From Escherichia phage JLBYU50, in sequence record OK272470.1: a DNA stretch of 64,000 nucleotides. One strand, written 5' to 3'. Below, piece after piece: positions 14,183 through 23,309 of this stretch; position 1 is the first letter of the stretch, and each line of letters starts with the position of its first letter. The position numbers and the translations under genes are program-made. Under the pieces are notes generated by a model that saw only the letters and a list, made by a program, of their open reading frames with translations, ran no database searches and was not told where the DNA came from.

Positions 14183-14293
14183 AACTCCGTGCCAGCGGTG
14201 TCTTCGAAGAACAAGCCTAGTTCCTTCTGAGATGGAGGGGTGCGACTCCTTAACGCACAATATACTACTACTAAATACTTATCAGGAGATATC

Positions 14294-14563
14294 ATGTATA
14301 CTTTAAAAGTAATTCGCAAGTTTCCTCAAGAAGAGGAAGTAAGAATTTATAACACTGTACCATTCGTAGTAAATGAAGAAGAATTCTTTTATTGCTTAGA
14401 AGATGAAGTAATTATTCAATATCATTGGGAAGGTTACGACAGACAAGATGGTGTTGTAGCTTCTGTGCTTGCTGGTGATAGAGTGTTATTCATTCACAAG
14501 ACTGAATCAGCATATCTAATGAATGATAAAGGACAAACTGTTAAAGTAATTAACAGACCATAA
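14294..14563 (+). CDS. hypothetical protein (89 aa)
   Basis: ORF-track frame; start re-set to ATG 14294 preceded by AGGAGA RBS. Confidence 0.5.
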   Translation: MYTLKVIRKFPQEEEVRIYNTVPFVVNEEEFFYCLEDEVIIQYHWEGYDRQDGVVASVLAGDRVLFIHKTESAYLMNDKGQTVKVINRP

Positions 14564-14574
14564 AGAATTTTATA

Positions 14575-14607
14575 AAAGCCTCCTTTTTGGAGGTTTTTTA
14601 TTATCTA
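14575..14607 (+). terminator. rho-independent terminator
   Basis: GCCTCC-TTTTT-GGAGG stem-loop followed by TTTTTTATTAT. Confidence 0.6.
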
Positions 14608-14669
14608 TAAAATAAAGATCTTTACAAAACGTATAAAATATGTTATCCTTAAGTAAGGAGGTGCATATT

Positions 14670-14960
14670 ATGCCTAAATTGAAAAGAGGTCGAGGTAGAC
14701 CTACAGCCGAAATGCAACAGATTTATGCTATGGATGCTGCACAGGCGCAAGTAAAAGAAATTTTTGCTGGTCGTTATTTAGATGCTATGCGTTACATTGC
14801 AGATCTTGTTGTAGATGAAAAGGCTTCTGCTAATATTAAGTTGACTGCTTCTAAGATCATCAAAGAACAAGTAGAAGAATGGCTGGAAGAACATTATGAA
14901 TCTATGGAAGAAGAAGATATTCTTCCAGAAAATTCTCCCCCTCAAAAAATCGTTATCTAA
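14670..14960 (+). CDS. small protein with AT-hook-like KRGRGRP motif (possible DNA-binding protein)
   Basis: ORF-track frame; start re-set to ATG 14670 after AAGGAGG RBS; PKLKRGRGRPTAE near N-terminus, acidic C-terminus. Confidence 0.5.
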   Translation: MPKLKRGRGRPTAEMQQIYAMDAAQAQVKEIFAGRYLDAMRYIADLVVDEKASANIKLTASKIIKEQVEEWLEEHYESMEEEDILPENSPPQKIVI

Positions 14961-14972
14961 TTCTCCTCTCTT

Positions 14973-15040
14973 GGGAACTTTGTTCCCCCTCTCCTTGTTA
15001 ATTAACACCCCTTTCCGAAAGGTTAGGGGGTTTTTTATTT
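14973..15040 (+). terminator. tandem stem-loops ending in a U-tract
   Basis: GGGAAC-TTT-GTTCCC (14973-14987) then CACCCC...GGGGG hairpin followed by TTTTTTATTTT (15008-15040). Confidence 0.55.
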
Positions 15041-15098
15041 TATACCTATTGCTTTTATATATGTTTTTATGATATGATTAATACAGGAGGACTATAAA

Positions 15099-15272
15099 AT
15101 GAGAAACTATGTAGCTAAACACGATTTTAATAGGGCTTCTTATCACAGAGATAAGAAGAACAGTTATTCGCGTAAATGGGATCTGGAGGAAGAGTTAGAC
15201 TATGATTACAGAAGAACAATGGAAGGAGATTTTGGAGAATGCACAACCGATGGTAGTGAAGAAGATAGTTAA
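15099..15272 (+). CDS. small hydrophilic protein (57 aa)
   Basis: below ORF-track cut-off; ACAGGAGG RBS 8 nt upstream of ATG. Confidence 0.35.
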   Translation: MRNYVAKHDFNRASYHRDKKNSYSRKWDLEEELDYDYRRTMEGDFGECTTDGSEEDS

Positions 15273-15307
15273 TAATTCACCAAATCTGCCTAAAGTAAAA
15301 TTTAAAG

Positions 15308-15739
15308 ATGATGATACTGACTATGTTAATAAACCTACTGAAGAATAAATGGGTTAGGTATTTTGTTCTTATTATAGCACTATTTGGTGGTTTGTATGTT
15401 GGTTTAAACAAATTACACGATGACGTGTATGCACAAGGCTACAACGCAGGTGTTGCTAAACAAGAACAAATATTACAACAAAACCAAATTAAAGCAAAAC
15501 AGCAATTCGATATCTTACAAGCAAAAGCAGATTCAGAAAGATCTAAATTGAATGAAAAAATTCATTCATTAACGAAAGAAAGAAATGATCTTCTTACACA
15601 ACTGGATAAGAAGAGTAATAACATAACACAAGAGAGAATAGATTATGCGAAAACATCTTCTGGCGCTATGTCTTGTTTTAGCCCTAATGATGACGGGTTG
15701 CGCATCATCAACAACAGCTTCCCAGCCTCTACTGATTGA
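15308..15739 (+). CDS. i-spanin (Rz-like): N-terminal TM helix plus periplasmic coiled coil
   Basis: TM segment YFVLIIALFGGLYVGL followed by Q/K-rich heptad region; 3' end overlaps the lipoprotein ORF in another frame; exact start uncertain. Confidence 0.5.
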   Translation: MMILTMLINLLKNKWVRYFVLIIALFGGLYVGLNKLHDDVYAQGYNAGVAKQEQILQQNQIKAKQQFDILQAKADSERSKLNEKIHSLTKERNDLLTQLDKKSNNITQERIDYAKTSSGAMSCFSPNDDGLRIINNSFPASTD

Positions 15740-15974
15740 GCAGTGTAAAGCTGTAGCAACACAACAAATAAAAGCCCCTGATTCTGTCAGTATGGAAAAA
15801 CCATCTACCCCTGTTTTATATACCCCTAATCAAATAAAGAAAGGAGTTACAAGATCAGAGGTAGTTGAGAATCAAACTTTAAACAACGCTTTGTGGGAAA
15901 AAGATAGGATAAAACTTATCAGTTTACAAAACTATATTAAAACATTACAAAGTGAAGGAATAATTTCTAATTAG
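15645..15974 (+). CDS. o-spanin (Rz1-like) outer-membrane lipoprotein
   Basis: signal peptide MRKHLLALCLVLALMMTGC with lipobox Cys; gene starts inside the preceding ORF (15645-15739 overlap). Confidence 0.55.
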   Translation: MRKHLLALCLVLALMMTGCASSTTASQPLLIEQCKAVATQQIKAPDSVSMEKPSTPVLYTPNQIKKGVTRSEVVENQTLNNALWEKDRIKLISLQNYIKTLQSEGIISN

Positions 15975-15982
15975 GAGGAGAT

Positions 15983-18067
15983 GTGGCAAGGAAACCTGTC
16001 AAACAATCTTTTGAAAATGTAGATATTGAAGTTAAAGCCCAACCTGGCAAACAAACACTAGCTATGGATCTTATGCCTGAAGTAATGATTTATGGTGGTG
16101 CGGCAGGTTGTGTTTCAGCAGAAACAGAATACCTAACAAGAGACGGTTGGAAACAAATAAGTGAATATGATGGTGAGGATATTTATCAATACAATCCAAG
16201 AAATAAACGTCTTGAATTAGTTACACCATCTTTTGTAGAATATGATGCTAAAGATAATCTGTATTGTATCACAAACGGAGTAGGTGTCTTCCAAGAATTA
16301 AGTATGGAACATCGCTTTGTTTTCTACAAGAAGAAAAAATCCAAAAAACATTTTGAAATTCTTGTTGGGGATCTTATTGCACTACAGCAAGCAGGACACC
16401 CATTACGAGGATATATTGAAAATCCTTTTGGTAAGCGTGTTCCGTTTAACATTCAAGGTAAACCTAGCACATACCTAAAAATTCATGAGGTAATGACAAG
16501 TGATGATAAGAAATATTGCTTTGAAACTCCAAGCAGTTATGTCGTGTTTAGACGTGGCGATCACATCTTCGTTACTGGGAATAGCGGCAAAAGCCGTCTG
16601 CTACTTCTAAAGGCACTTAAATACGCATATAAAGATCCACTGTTTGGTGGTATTCTTTTCCGTAAAAATACAACAGCTTTACGTAAATCTGGTGGTTTGT
16701 TTACTGAAGCTAAAAAACTTTATCTACCATTAAAGCCTCACGTAAGAGAACAGGCTATGGAGATGGAGTTCAGAGCCACAAAAGGTGGTACACTTAAATT
16801 TGACCATCTTGAAAATGATAACGTAACTGCTGAAACTAACCATCAAGGTACACAGTATTCGATGGTGGGGTTTGACGAACTTACACATTTTACACAATAT
16901 GAAATGCTATATCTGTTAGGGCGTATGCGTTCTGAATCAGAAACGTCTTTTATGCTGTGTACTTGTAACCCTGATGCGGATAGTTGGGTGTTAAAGTGGG
17001 TACTTCCTTATTTGGATGAAGCTGGTTATCCACGAGAAGATATGTGTGGCAAACAGCTATACTTTCTTATTGTACAAGATGAACCAGTATTTGCTGAAAC
17101 AGCAGAAGAGTTGAAAGAAAAGTATCCTGAAAACTGTTTTATGCAAAACCCGAACACAGGTGAAACAGTGGTTATTGAACCACAAACATTTGTGTTCATT
17201 GGTGGTACTATCTTTGATAACCCTGAACTAATAAGACTTAACCCTAAATACTTAGCTTCTTTGAAGGCTCAAACCGCCGTTAAGAGAGCACAGCTTTTAG
17301 ATGGTTGTTGGTTTGCTCGTGCACAAGAAGAGAGTTTCTTTAACAGAGAATGGTTACACGTTATCAAGTTTAAAGATTTACCAAACAATCTTAAATATAT
17401 GCGAGCGTGGGATAAAGCAGTATCTGTTCCAACAGAATCTTATCGTTATCCTGACTACACAACATCTGTTAAAATGGCTAAAGACTCGGATGGAAATTAT
17501 TACATTTTTGGTGATTATGATTATGATGCTCACGATGAAGGTAGTAAGATTTTTGGTAGATTCAGAAGACTACCAGGTGACAGAGATAATTTAATTCTAA
17601 ACCAATGTAAGATTGATGGAGATGAAGTTACAGTTGTATTGCCAAAAGATCCTTCTGGTGCTGGTTTGATTGAATATACAGAATCAGCTAAAAAACTAAT
17701 TGCTGAAGGGTTTGTTGTTAAACCAGATGCTATGCCTGGTAACAAGAAAAAATTACAACGCTTTATGCCATTTAGTAGTGCTTGTCAAAATGGTTTTGTT
17801 TATATTGTAGAAGAATCTTTCCCTAACAAAGAAACTCTTGATCATTTCTATAAAGAGATGGAGTCATTTAATGGAGAAAGATCTACGGCAACATTAAAAG
17901 ATGATATTCCAGATGCTGCTGCATCTTGCTTTAATACTTTGTCAAAAGAACAGATGTTTAAAGCAGTAGCAATACCTTCTGCAACAAATGCATTAACAGG
18001 GTACGGTAAGATGGGTGGAAGATCAAGAAACTCTTTATCTTCTCCATACAGTATCAGAGGAAGATAA
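15983..18067 (+). CDS. terL: terminase large subunit (intein-containing precursor)
   Basis: 694-aa ORF first in the packaging/head block, GTG start after AGGAGG; Walker A GGAAG/SGKS is split by an intein-like insert. Confidence 0.75.
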   Translation: MARKPVKQSFENVDIEVKAQPGKQTLAMDLMPEVMIYGGAAGCVSAETEYLTRDGWKQISEYDGEDIYQYNPRNKRLELVTPSFVEYDAKDNLYCITNGVGVFQELSMEHRFVFYKKKKSKKHFEILVGDLIALQQAGHPLRGYIENPFGKRVPFNIQGKPSTYLKIHEVMTSDDKKYCFETPSSYVVFRRGDHIFVTGNSGKSRLLLLKALKYAYKDPLFGGILFRKNTTALRKSGGLFTEAKKLYLPLKPHVREQAMEMEFRATKGGTLKFDHLENDNVTAETNHQGTQYSMVGFDELTHFTQYEMLYLLGRMRSESETSFMLCTCNPDADSWVLKWVLPYLDEAGYPREDMCGKQLYFLIVQDEPVFAETAEELKEKYPENCFMQNPNTGETVVIEPQTFVFIGGTIFDNPELIRLNPKYLASLKAQTAVKRAQLLDGCWFARAQEESFFNREWLHVIKFKDLPNNLKYMRAWDKAVSVPTESYRYPDYTTSVKMAKDSDGNYYIFGDYDYDAHDEGSKIFGRFRRLPGDRDNLILNQCKIDGDEVTVVLPKDPSGAGLIEYTESAKKLIAEGFVVKPDAMPGNKKKLQRFMPFSSACQNGFVYIVEESFPNKETLDHFYKEMESFNGERSTATLKDDIPDAAASCFNTLSKEQMFKAVAIPSATNALTGYGKMGGRSRNSLSSPYSIRGR
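16109..16582 (+). other. mini-intein (158 aa, no endonuclease domain) in TerL P-loop
   Basis: begins CVSAETEYLT (Cys1), block-B-like SMEHRF, ends HIFVTGN with +1 Ser; excision would give GGAAGSGKSRLL. Confidence 0.7.
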
Positions 18068-18070
18068 ATC

Positions 18071-18100
18071 TTGACAAAACTATTTAAAATATGTTAAAGT
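18071..18100 (+). promoter_or_regulatory. sigma70-like promoter upstream of portal gene
   Basis: TTGACA 18071-18076, 18-nt spacer, TAAAGT 18095-18100. Confidence 0.4.
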
Positions 18101-18164
18101 AGCATTATATGTCTACCCCTTCAATTGGGTAGAGTCATTTGTCCAGCATTAGCGGAGGTTCTGA

Positions 18165-19733
18165 GTGTCTACAGGTAAGCGTAAGTACACTAAAAGATCG
18201 GATTACTGGAACAAAGGCTCAACTGAAAAAGCTGCACTGTCTCCAACACAAAGTGCAACTAAAGAGAAGAACTTGGTACTTTCACCAGAAATAGGTACTA
18301 TTGGTCTTAATTCGATTAAAGCCTTTACGAACTTCATGCAACCGTATGAAACTCGCTTCCCAGAAAACATCCGAACATACAAAGAAATGGGTGAAGACCC
18401 TGACGTAGCTACTGCTCTTGATGCTACGTACATCTTTGTAGATAGAGCATTCTTTGATTTTAAAATAAAATACAATGTTAGTTCAGCTAAGTCAAGACGT
18501 GCTGCAAAGTTTGTAGACTACACACTTCGCAACATGAATGCACCACTAAGACAGTATGTACGCTCCTTGCTAACATATAAGCAATTTGGGTTTGCATTTG
18601 CAGAGAAGGTGTATGAACTTGATGAAGATCCAAAAAGCCCGTATTTTGGTTATTACCGTCTTGTTAAATTGGCGTTTAGACCCCAGGATACAATTGATTT
18701 GGCACAACCTTTCACTTATTCTGATGACGGTCGCACTATTCTTACGGTAAACCAAAACATTACTAATGGAATGGTAAGCCCTGGTACTAACGCTACTCTA
18801 ATAGGAAGAAAAGAAATTCCTATGGAGAAAGTTATTTACGTAGGGAGCAACATTACAGAGAATAATCCATTAGGTGTAAGTCCACTTCTTGCAGTATATA
18901 GAAGTTGGCGTGAAAAATCTCTGATTCAAGAATACGAAGTTGTTGGTGTTTCGAAAGACTTAGGCGGTATGCCAGTGTTGATGGTTCCAAGTGATATTCT
19001 CAACAGGGCATCACTAAACCCAAGCGGAGATGAAGCACAATCTTTACGTGTTCTACAAGCAAATATCGCTAACTTACACGCAGGTGAACAATCTTATATG
19101 GTGTTACCTTCTGATGTTTACGAAGGTACTGTTATGCGCCAATATGATCTTGTATTCCAAGGTGTTGAGGGTAGTGGTAAGCAATTCGATACACAGGCTC
19201 TAATAAAACAACGTAAATTAGATATCTACAACAGATTTGGTGCAGGTGTTCTGATTATGGGTGATGGAGAAGGTGGTAGTTATTCTTTGTCAGATAACAA
19301 ACAAACTCTTCTTTCACATTTTATTGAGCGTGATGTAGATATTATTACAGAAGCACTAAATACTCAAGTAATTCCCCAACTTCTACGTTTGAATGGTATT
19401 TTCTTATCTCAAGAAGATATGCCTAAATTTGTTAGTGATGATATCGGTGATCCTGATATTGAAGTTAATGCTAAGGCAATCCAACAAATCGTAGCTGCTG
19501 GTGCAATACCATTAACGCCAGAAGTGATTAATGAATTCTTCGAACGTTTAGGTTTCAATTATAGAATACCTGATGATATTGTTGCTGATCCAGATAAGTT
19601 CCAAGAATACCTTGAGACTTTTATGCCAGACAAGACTTCAAGATCTGGTGATGGTTTAGCGGCTGGTGCTGGTAATGGAACGTCAACATCTCCTGCTGCA
19701 TTAGATACATCGGCAGCAAATTTGGCAAATTAA
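18165..19733 (+). CDS. portal protein (by position and size)
   Basis: 522-aa ORF immediately after TerL; GTG start after GCGGAGG RBS. Confidence 0.55.
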   Translation: MSTGKRKYTKRSDYWNKGSTEKAALSPTQSATKEKNLVLSPEIGTIGLNSIKAFTNFMQPYETRFPENIRTYKEMGEDPDVATALDATYIFVDRAFFDFKIKYNVSSAKSRRAAKFVDYTLRNMNAPLRQYVRSLLTYKQFGFAFAEKVYELDEDPKSPYFGYYRLVKLAFRPQDTIDLAQPFTYSDDGRTILTVNQNITNGMVSPGTNATLIGRKEIPMEKVIYVGSNITENNPLGVSPLLAVYRSWREKSLIQEYEVVGVSKDLGGMPVLMVPSDILNRASLNPSGDEAQSLRVLQANIANLHAGEQSYMVLPSDVYEGTVMRQYDLVFQGVEGSGKQFDTQALIKQRKLDIYNRFGAGVLIMGDGEGGSYSLSDNKQTLLSHFIERDVDIITEALNTQVIPQLLRLNGIFLSQEDMPKFVSDDIGDPDIEVNAKAIQQIVAAGAIPLTPEVINEFFERLGFNYRIPDDIVADPDKFQEYLETFMPDKTSRSGDGLAAGAGNGTSTSPAALDTSAANLAN

Positions 19734-19764
19734 AAATATTTTTAAAAATTTTTTAATTTAGGTA

Positions 19765-19793
19765 TTGACAAATAAGCAAATATCCTGTAGACT
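19765..19793 (+). promoter_or_regulatory. sigma70-like promoter
   Basis: TTGACA 19765-19770, 17-nt spacer, TAGACT 19788-19793. Confidence 0.4.
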
Positions 19794-19829
19794 AAGATTT
19801 ATGGGATATTTGTTTTTATGAGGAACCGT

Positions 19830-20309
19830 ATGGAACTTAATAAAGACACGCTTTGGGAACTCTATAAAACGTTCAGTGGAACGAAAGAGAAAAAGCAAAC
19901 CCAACAAAATTCCACTCCAGAAGAAACACCTGCTACTATCGTCAAACAAAATAAATTTGACGAAGAAAAAATGCAAGTGATTGAAGTGATGTATTGTCCA
20001 CCAGAACACGATGACCTCCACGGTGAACGTATGTCTGAAATTGAAATCAGAAAGATGGTTGACAACTTCAACGCAAATATTACTAACGTAAGTGGTAATC
20101 TTGGTCATATCAAAAACACCGATAAATTTAAACCAGTTAAGGCTTGGGTTAATGAAGTCGATTGTTATATTGGTGACGAGTTTGTTGTTGAAGGAACACC
20201 ACTCGTTAAAATTCAATTCTATGATCCTGAACTGTATGAAGCAAGAAAGAACGGCGTTCTTAAAGGTTTAAGTATTGGTGCAGTAGGATGTAAAGTGAAG
20301 AAGGATTAA
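19830..20309 (+). CDS. head morphogenesis protein (possible prohead protease)
   Basis: ORF-track frame; start re-set to ATG 19830 with GAGGA RBS; sits between portal and scaffold-like gene. Confidence 0.35.
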   Translation: MELNKDTLWELYKTFSGTKEKKQTQQNSTPEETPATIVKQNKFDEEKMQVIEVMYCPPEHDDLHGERMSEIEIRKMVDNFNANITNVSGNLGHIKNTDKFKPVKAWVNEVDCYIGDEFVVEGTPLVKIQFYDPELYEARKNGVLKGLSIGAVGCKVKKD

Positions 20310-20311
20310 TT

Positions 20312-21427
20312 GTGGCACATACATATCTAGCTGACGTAGACTTTTCGGGTAAAGCTACGGAAGATTCTTGCGGAGCACACATTGCTTACACCTTCGATTT
20401 TCAAGGTGGTGCTGCTTCTGGCTTTAATACCCCTCTACTTTTTAAATCTGGCGACAACCCAGACATTAGCTTCACTAAATTAGAAGCTCTAGAAAAAATG
20501 GGTGAAGACGTTACTGAATTACGTAAATCATATATGAACCAACTTATGGGATCATTATCTGATGCCGTTCGTGAAAAATACGAGTCTGGTTGGGATTGGG
20601 TTTATGTAGTCGATGCCGATTTTGATAATGGCATTGTTATTTTCTGTTCTGACTATGGAATGTTCTCTACCGATTTTACCATTAACGGACTTCTTGTTGA
20701 AGTTGGTGATGTTGCAAAACCAGTGGTACAAACAACGGACTATGAAGTAGTAGACGGTGATGTTTTAGTTTCCCTGGATTTCTTTGATAACTTGATTGAT
20801 GATGCTCTAGGTGATTTAGTTAAGAGCGCAATTAAGTTTGATCACGTAAAAGATTATTTAGTAAAAGCTCACGAAGCTCGTACTAATAAAGACTCTGTGA
20901 TTGCAGAGGATAATCCAGCAGATCTTGAATCTGCAAACACAACCGATATAAATAAAGGAGATACCCCTTTGGAAAATATTAACAAAGAAGAATTCCTGAA
21001 ATCTGCTGAGGTGCAAGACCTTATTAAAGCACAGATTGCAGAAGCGGTAGAAAAAGCTGCTGCTGAAGCTCGTGCAGAGGCAGAAGCTAAAGCACAGGAA
21101 GAAATCAACAAAGCTAAGGCAGAAGCCGAAGAACTTCGTAAAGCAGAAATTGCTCGTATCGAAGAAGACTATACCAATGTAATTAAGTCTTATGGCTATG
21201 TTGAAGAAGACAAAGTTGAAGCACTTGTTAAATACCTAGTAGATAACAAAGAAATTGCTGAAACTGTTGTTACCGCATTTGAAAAAGCTCGCGAAGAAGT
21301 TGAAACAGTTAAGAAAGAATTTGGCAAAGAAGTAGGTGTTGATGTTGAAAACAAAGAACCTGTTGCTAAATCTGCTTCTGAACTGATTCGTCAAAAAGCT
21401 GCTGAACTTAAAAAAGCCCAGAAATAA
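20312..21427 (+). CDS. scaffolding-like protein
   Basis: acidic protein with long Ala/Glu/Lys coiled coil (AEAVEKAAAEARAEAEAKAQEEINKAKAEAEELRKAEIARIEE); GTG start. Confidence 0.55.
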   Translation: MAHTYLADVDFSGKATEDSCGAHIAYTFDFQGGAASGFNTPLLFKSGDNPDISFTKLEALEKMGEDVTELRKSYMNQLMGSLSDAVREKYESGWDWVYVVDADFDNGIVIFCSDYGMFSTDFTINGLLVEVGDVAKPVVQTTDYEVVDGDVLVSLDFFDNLIDDALGDLVKSAIKFDHVKDYLVKAHEARTNKDSVIAEDNPADLESANTTDINKGDTPLENINKEEFLKSAEVQDLIKAQIAEAVEKAAAEARAEAEAKAQEEINKAKAEAEELRKAEIARIEEDYTNVIKSYGYVEEDKVEALVKYLVDNKEIAETVVTAFEKAREEVETVKKEFGKEVGVDVENKEPVAKSASELIRQKAAELKKAQK

Positions 21428-21445
21428 TCTAAGGAGATTTAATTA

Positions 21446-21838
21446 ATGGCAACTGGAATTTCTTTATCAAACTACCGCCAGGAATTTGGACACCTTGTTC
21501 TGGGTGGAGTATTTAGTTCTGACCTAGGTCACTGTGTTCGTGAAGTGAACCTGGTTAAAACTGCAACCATGAAAATTGGTTCTGTACTGAAAGCTGACAA
21601 CACAGAAGCTACTGCTGCTGGTGAAGCTGTTAAAGTTCTGCTGTGGACTGACGCACTGTTCGGGATCGATGATGTTGCAGTAGGTGACACTTTCACCGCA
21701 GTTGTTGGTGTACGTGACCTGACTCTCAACCGCTATGCAGTTTACTACAAGAGTGGTGATCTGATTGATGACGCTGGCGTTGCAGCACTGGAAACTCACG
21801 ATCTGAAACTGACTGAAAAAGTTGTTTTCACTTCTTAA
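21446..21838 (+). CDS. small head protein (possible decoration protein)
   Basis: 130-aa ORF directly upstream of major capsid gene; AAGGAG RBS. Confidence 0.35.
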   Translation: MATGISLSNYRQEFGHLVLGGVFSSDLGHCVREVNLVKTATMKIGSVLKADNTEATAAGEAVKVLLWTDALFGIDDVAVGDTFTAVVGVRDLTLNRYAVYYKSGDLIDDAGVAALETHDLKLTEKVVFTS

Positions 21839-21859
21839 TTTTTAATAGGAGATTTATAC

Positions 21860-22861
21860 ATGCCAGCTATTATCTTAGATCAGGTTGTTGACTTTAGCCC
21901 AATGATTGAGCTACAAGAAACTCCTGATACACTTATCGCAAGTCTGAACCTGTTCGATGTTCAGTACCATGCTACCACTGCTATCGAAATTGGCAGACAG
22001 AAAAATGCAGATGGTCTGATCCCAGCACGTGAACGTGGTGGTGAGCGTAACTTCCTGACTATGGACGCTCCTAGCGTTAAAGTCTTCCGTATTCCGTTCT
22101 TCCCTCTGGATAAGAACATTAAGGCACAGGATATTCAATCCTTCCGTAGCTTCGCTATGGGTGGCATCAATGATAACCTGCGTACCGAAGCGGAAGTTGT
22201 TAACCGCTATATGACTCAAATCCTGCGTGATGTTGCAAAAACTAAAGAAAAAATCTTTGCAGAAGCAGTAATGGGTCGTGCATACAATGGTGTTGGTGGT
22301 GCAGCTAACTCTGCATACAACTGGTACACAGAATGGGGTGCTACCCAGAAATCAGTATCTGTAGATTTCGCTTCTACTACTGTTTCTCCGGCTGCTACCA
22401 TTGAGAAAGAAGCTCGTGCATACATCATCGATCAGAAACAAGACGGTTCTACCGCTACTCGTATCGTTGCTCTGTGCTCTCGTGAGTTCTTTGCTTCTCT
22501 GGTTAACTCTCCGTTTGTTCGCCAGGCTTATCAATACTTCCAAGGTACTCCGAACCTTCTGCGTGACCGCCTAAGCGGTAATATGGACGTTCAGGTATTC
22601 GAATGGAATGGTGTAACCTACATCGAAGATATCCACGGTAACATCCCTGCTGGTGAAGCGTTTGTTCTGCCAATGGGTATTCCAGATATGTTCCAGGCGC
22701 ACTATGCTCCAGCGGATACTCCAGAACTGGCTAACACTGTTGCTCGTGATCTGTATACCTTTATGGTATCTGAACACCGCACTGTACAGCTACAGTCTGA
22801 ATTCTCCCTGCTGGCGGTTAATACCCGTCCAGAACTGGTAGTTAAACTGACTACTGCTTAA
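21860..22861 (+). CDS. major capsid protein (by position, size, codon usage)
   Basis: 333-aa ORF after scaffold/decoration genes, strong RBS AGGAGA, followed by strong terminator. Confidence 0.6.
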   Translation: MPAIILDQVVDFSPMIELQETPDTLIASLNLFDVQYHATTAIEIGRQKNADGLIPARERGGERNFLTMDAPSVKVFRIPFFPLDKNIKAQDIQSFRSFAMGGINDNLRTEAEVVNRYMTQILRDVAKTKEKIFAEAVMGRAYNGVGGAANSAYNWYTEWGATQKSVSVDFASTTVSPAATIEKEARAYIIDQKQDGSTATRIVALCSREFFASLVNSPFVRQAYQYFQGTPNLLRDRLSGNMDVQVFEWNGVTYIEDIHGNIPAGEAFVLPMGIPDMFQAHYAPADTPELANTVARDLYTFMVSEHRTVQLQSEFSLLAVNTRPELVVKLTTA

Positions 22862-22880
22862 TCCTTAACGGGATTCTAAA

Positions 22881-22912
22881 AAGCCTGCCCCTTGCGGGTG
22901 GGCTTTTTTATT
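22881..22912 (+). terminator. rho-independent terminator after capsid gene
   Basis: GC-rich hairpin GCCTGCCCC...GGGTGGGC followed by TTTTTTATT. Confidence 0.6.
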
Positions 22913-22946
22913 ATGTGTCCCACTAACAATGAGAGGAAACACGATT

Positions 22947-23297
22947 ATGGGTAACGCTGTACTGAAAACATATTTTAGCTACCATGAAATGATTATGGAT
23001 TTTGCTTCACTATCTCCTGCCTTAGATGCAGGTAAGACACTTAGTGTTGCTCCACCTATGTCATTCTATACTACAGATGGTAGAGTAGCTCTTGGCGGTA
23101 ACTTTATTCACTTCTTAGTTCGTCTACGTGAAGAGACAGGGATTCAGGTTCATCCTTTCGGAAGTGAAGAACATCCTGGCTACTATCTCGTTAGCTATGA
23201 AGATTATGCCCCTGTAGAATTAAAAACGCAAGATAAAATTGAAGTTAAAGCAGTAGACACACCAGCAAAGAAACGTGCACAGCGCACTAAAAAGTAA
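22947..23297 (+). CDS. hypothetical structural protein (116 aa)
   Basis: ORF-track frame; second ATG chosen (GAGGA 11 nt upstream). Confidence 0.4.
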   Translation: MGNAVLKTYFSYHEMIMDFASLSPALDAGKTLSVAPPMSFYTTDGRVALGGNFIHFLVRLREETGIQVHPFGSEEHPGYYLVSYEDYAPVELKTQDKIEVKAVDTPAKKRAQRTKK

Positions 23298-23309
23298 CAG
23301 GAGGTTTAC

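Noticed and set aside
14183-14293. Possible tRNA after tRNA-Ile (GGTGCGACTCC resembles a T-loop)
   Set aside because: No matching acceptor stem or anticodon arm; the region contains palindromes (TCTTCGAAGA; GTGCG...CGCAC) and then the RBS of the next gene, so it is treated as spacer.
16109-16582. Alternative explanation of the TerL insert as a homing endonuclease or inserted independent gene
   Set aside because: The insert is in frame with no internal start or RBS, is only 158 aa, lacks LAGLIDADG, HNH or GIY-YIG motifs, and its boundaries (Cys1 ... Asn, then Ser) fit a mini-intein.
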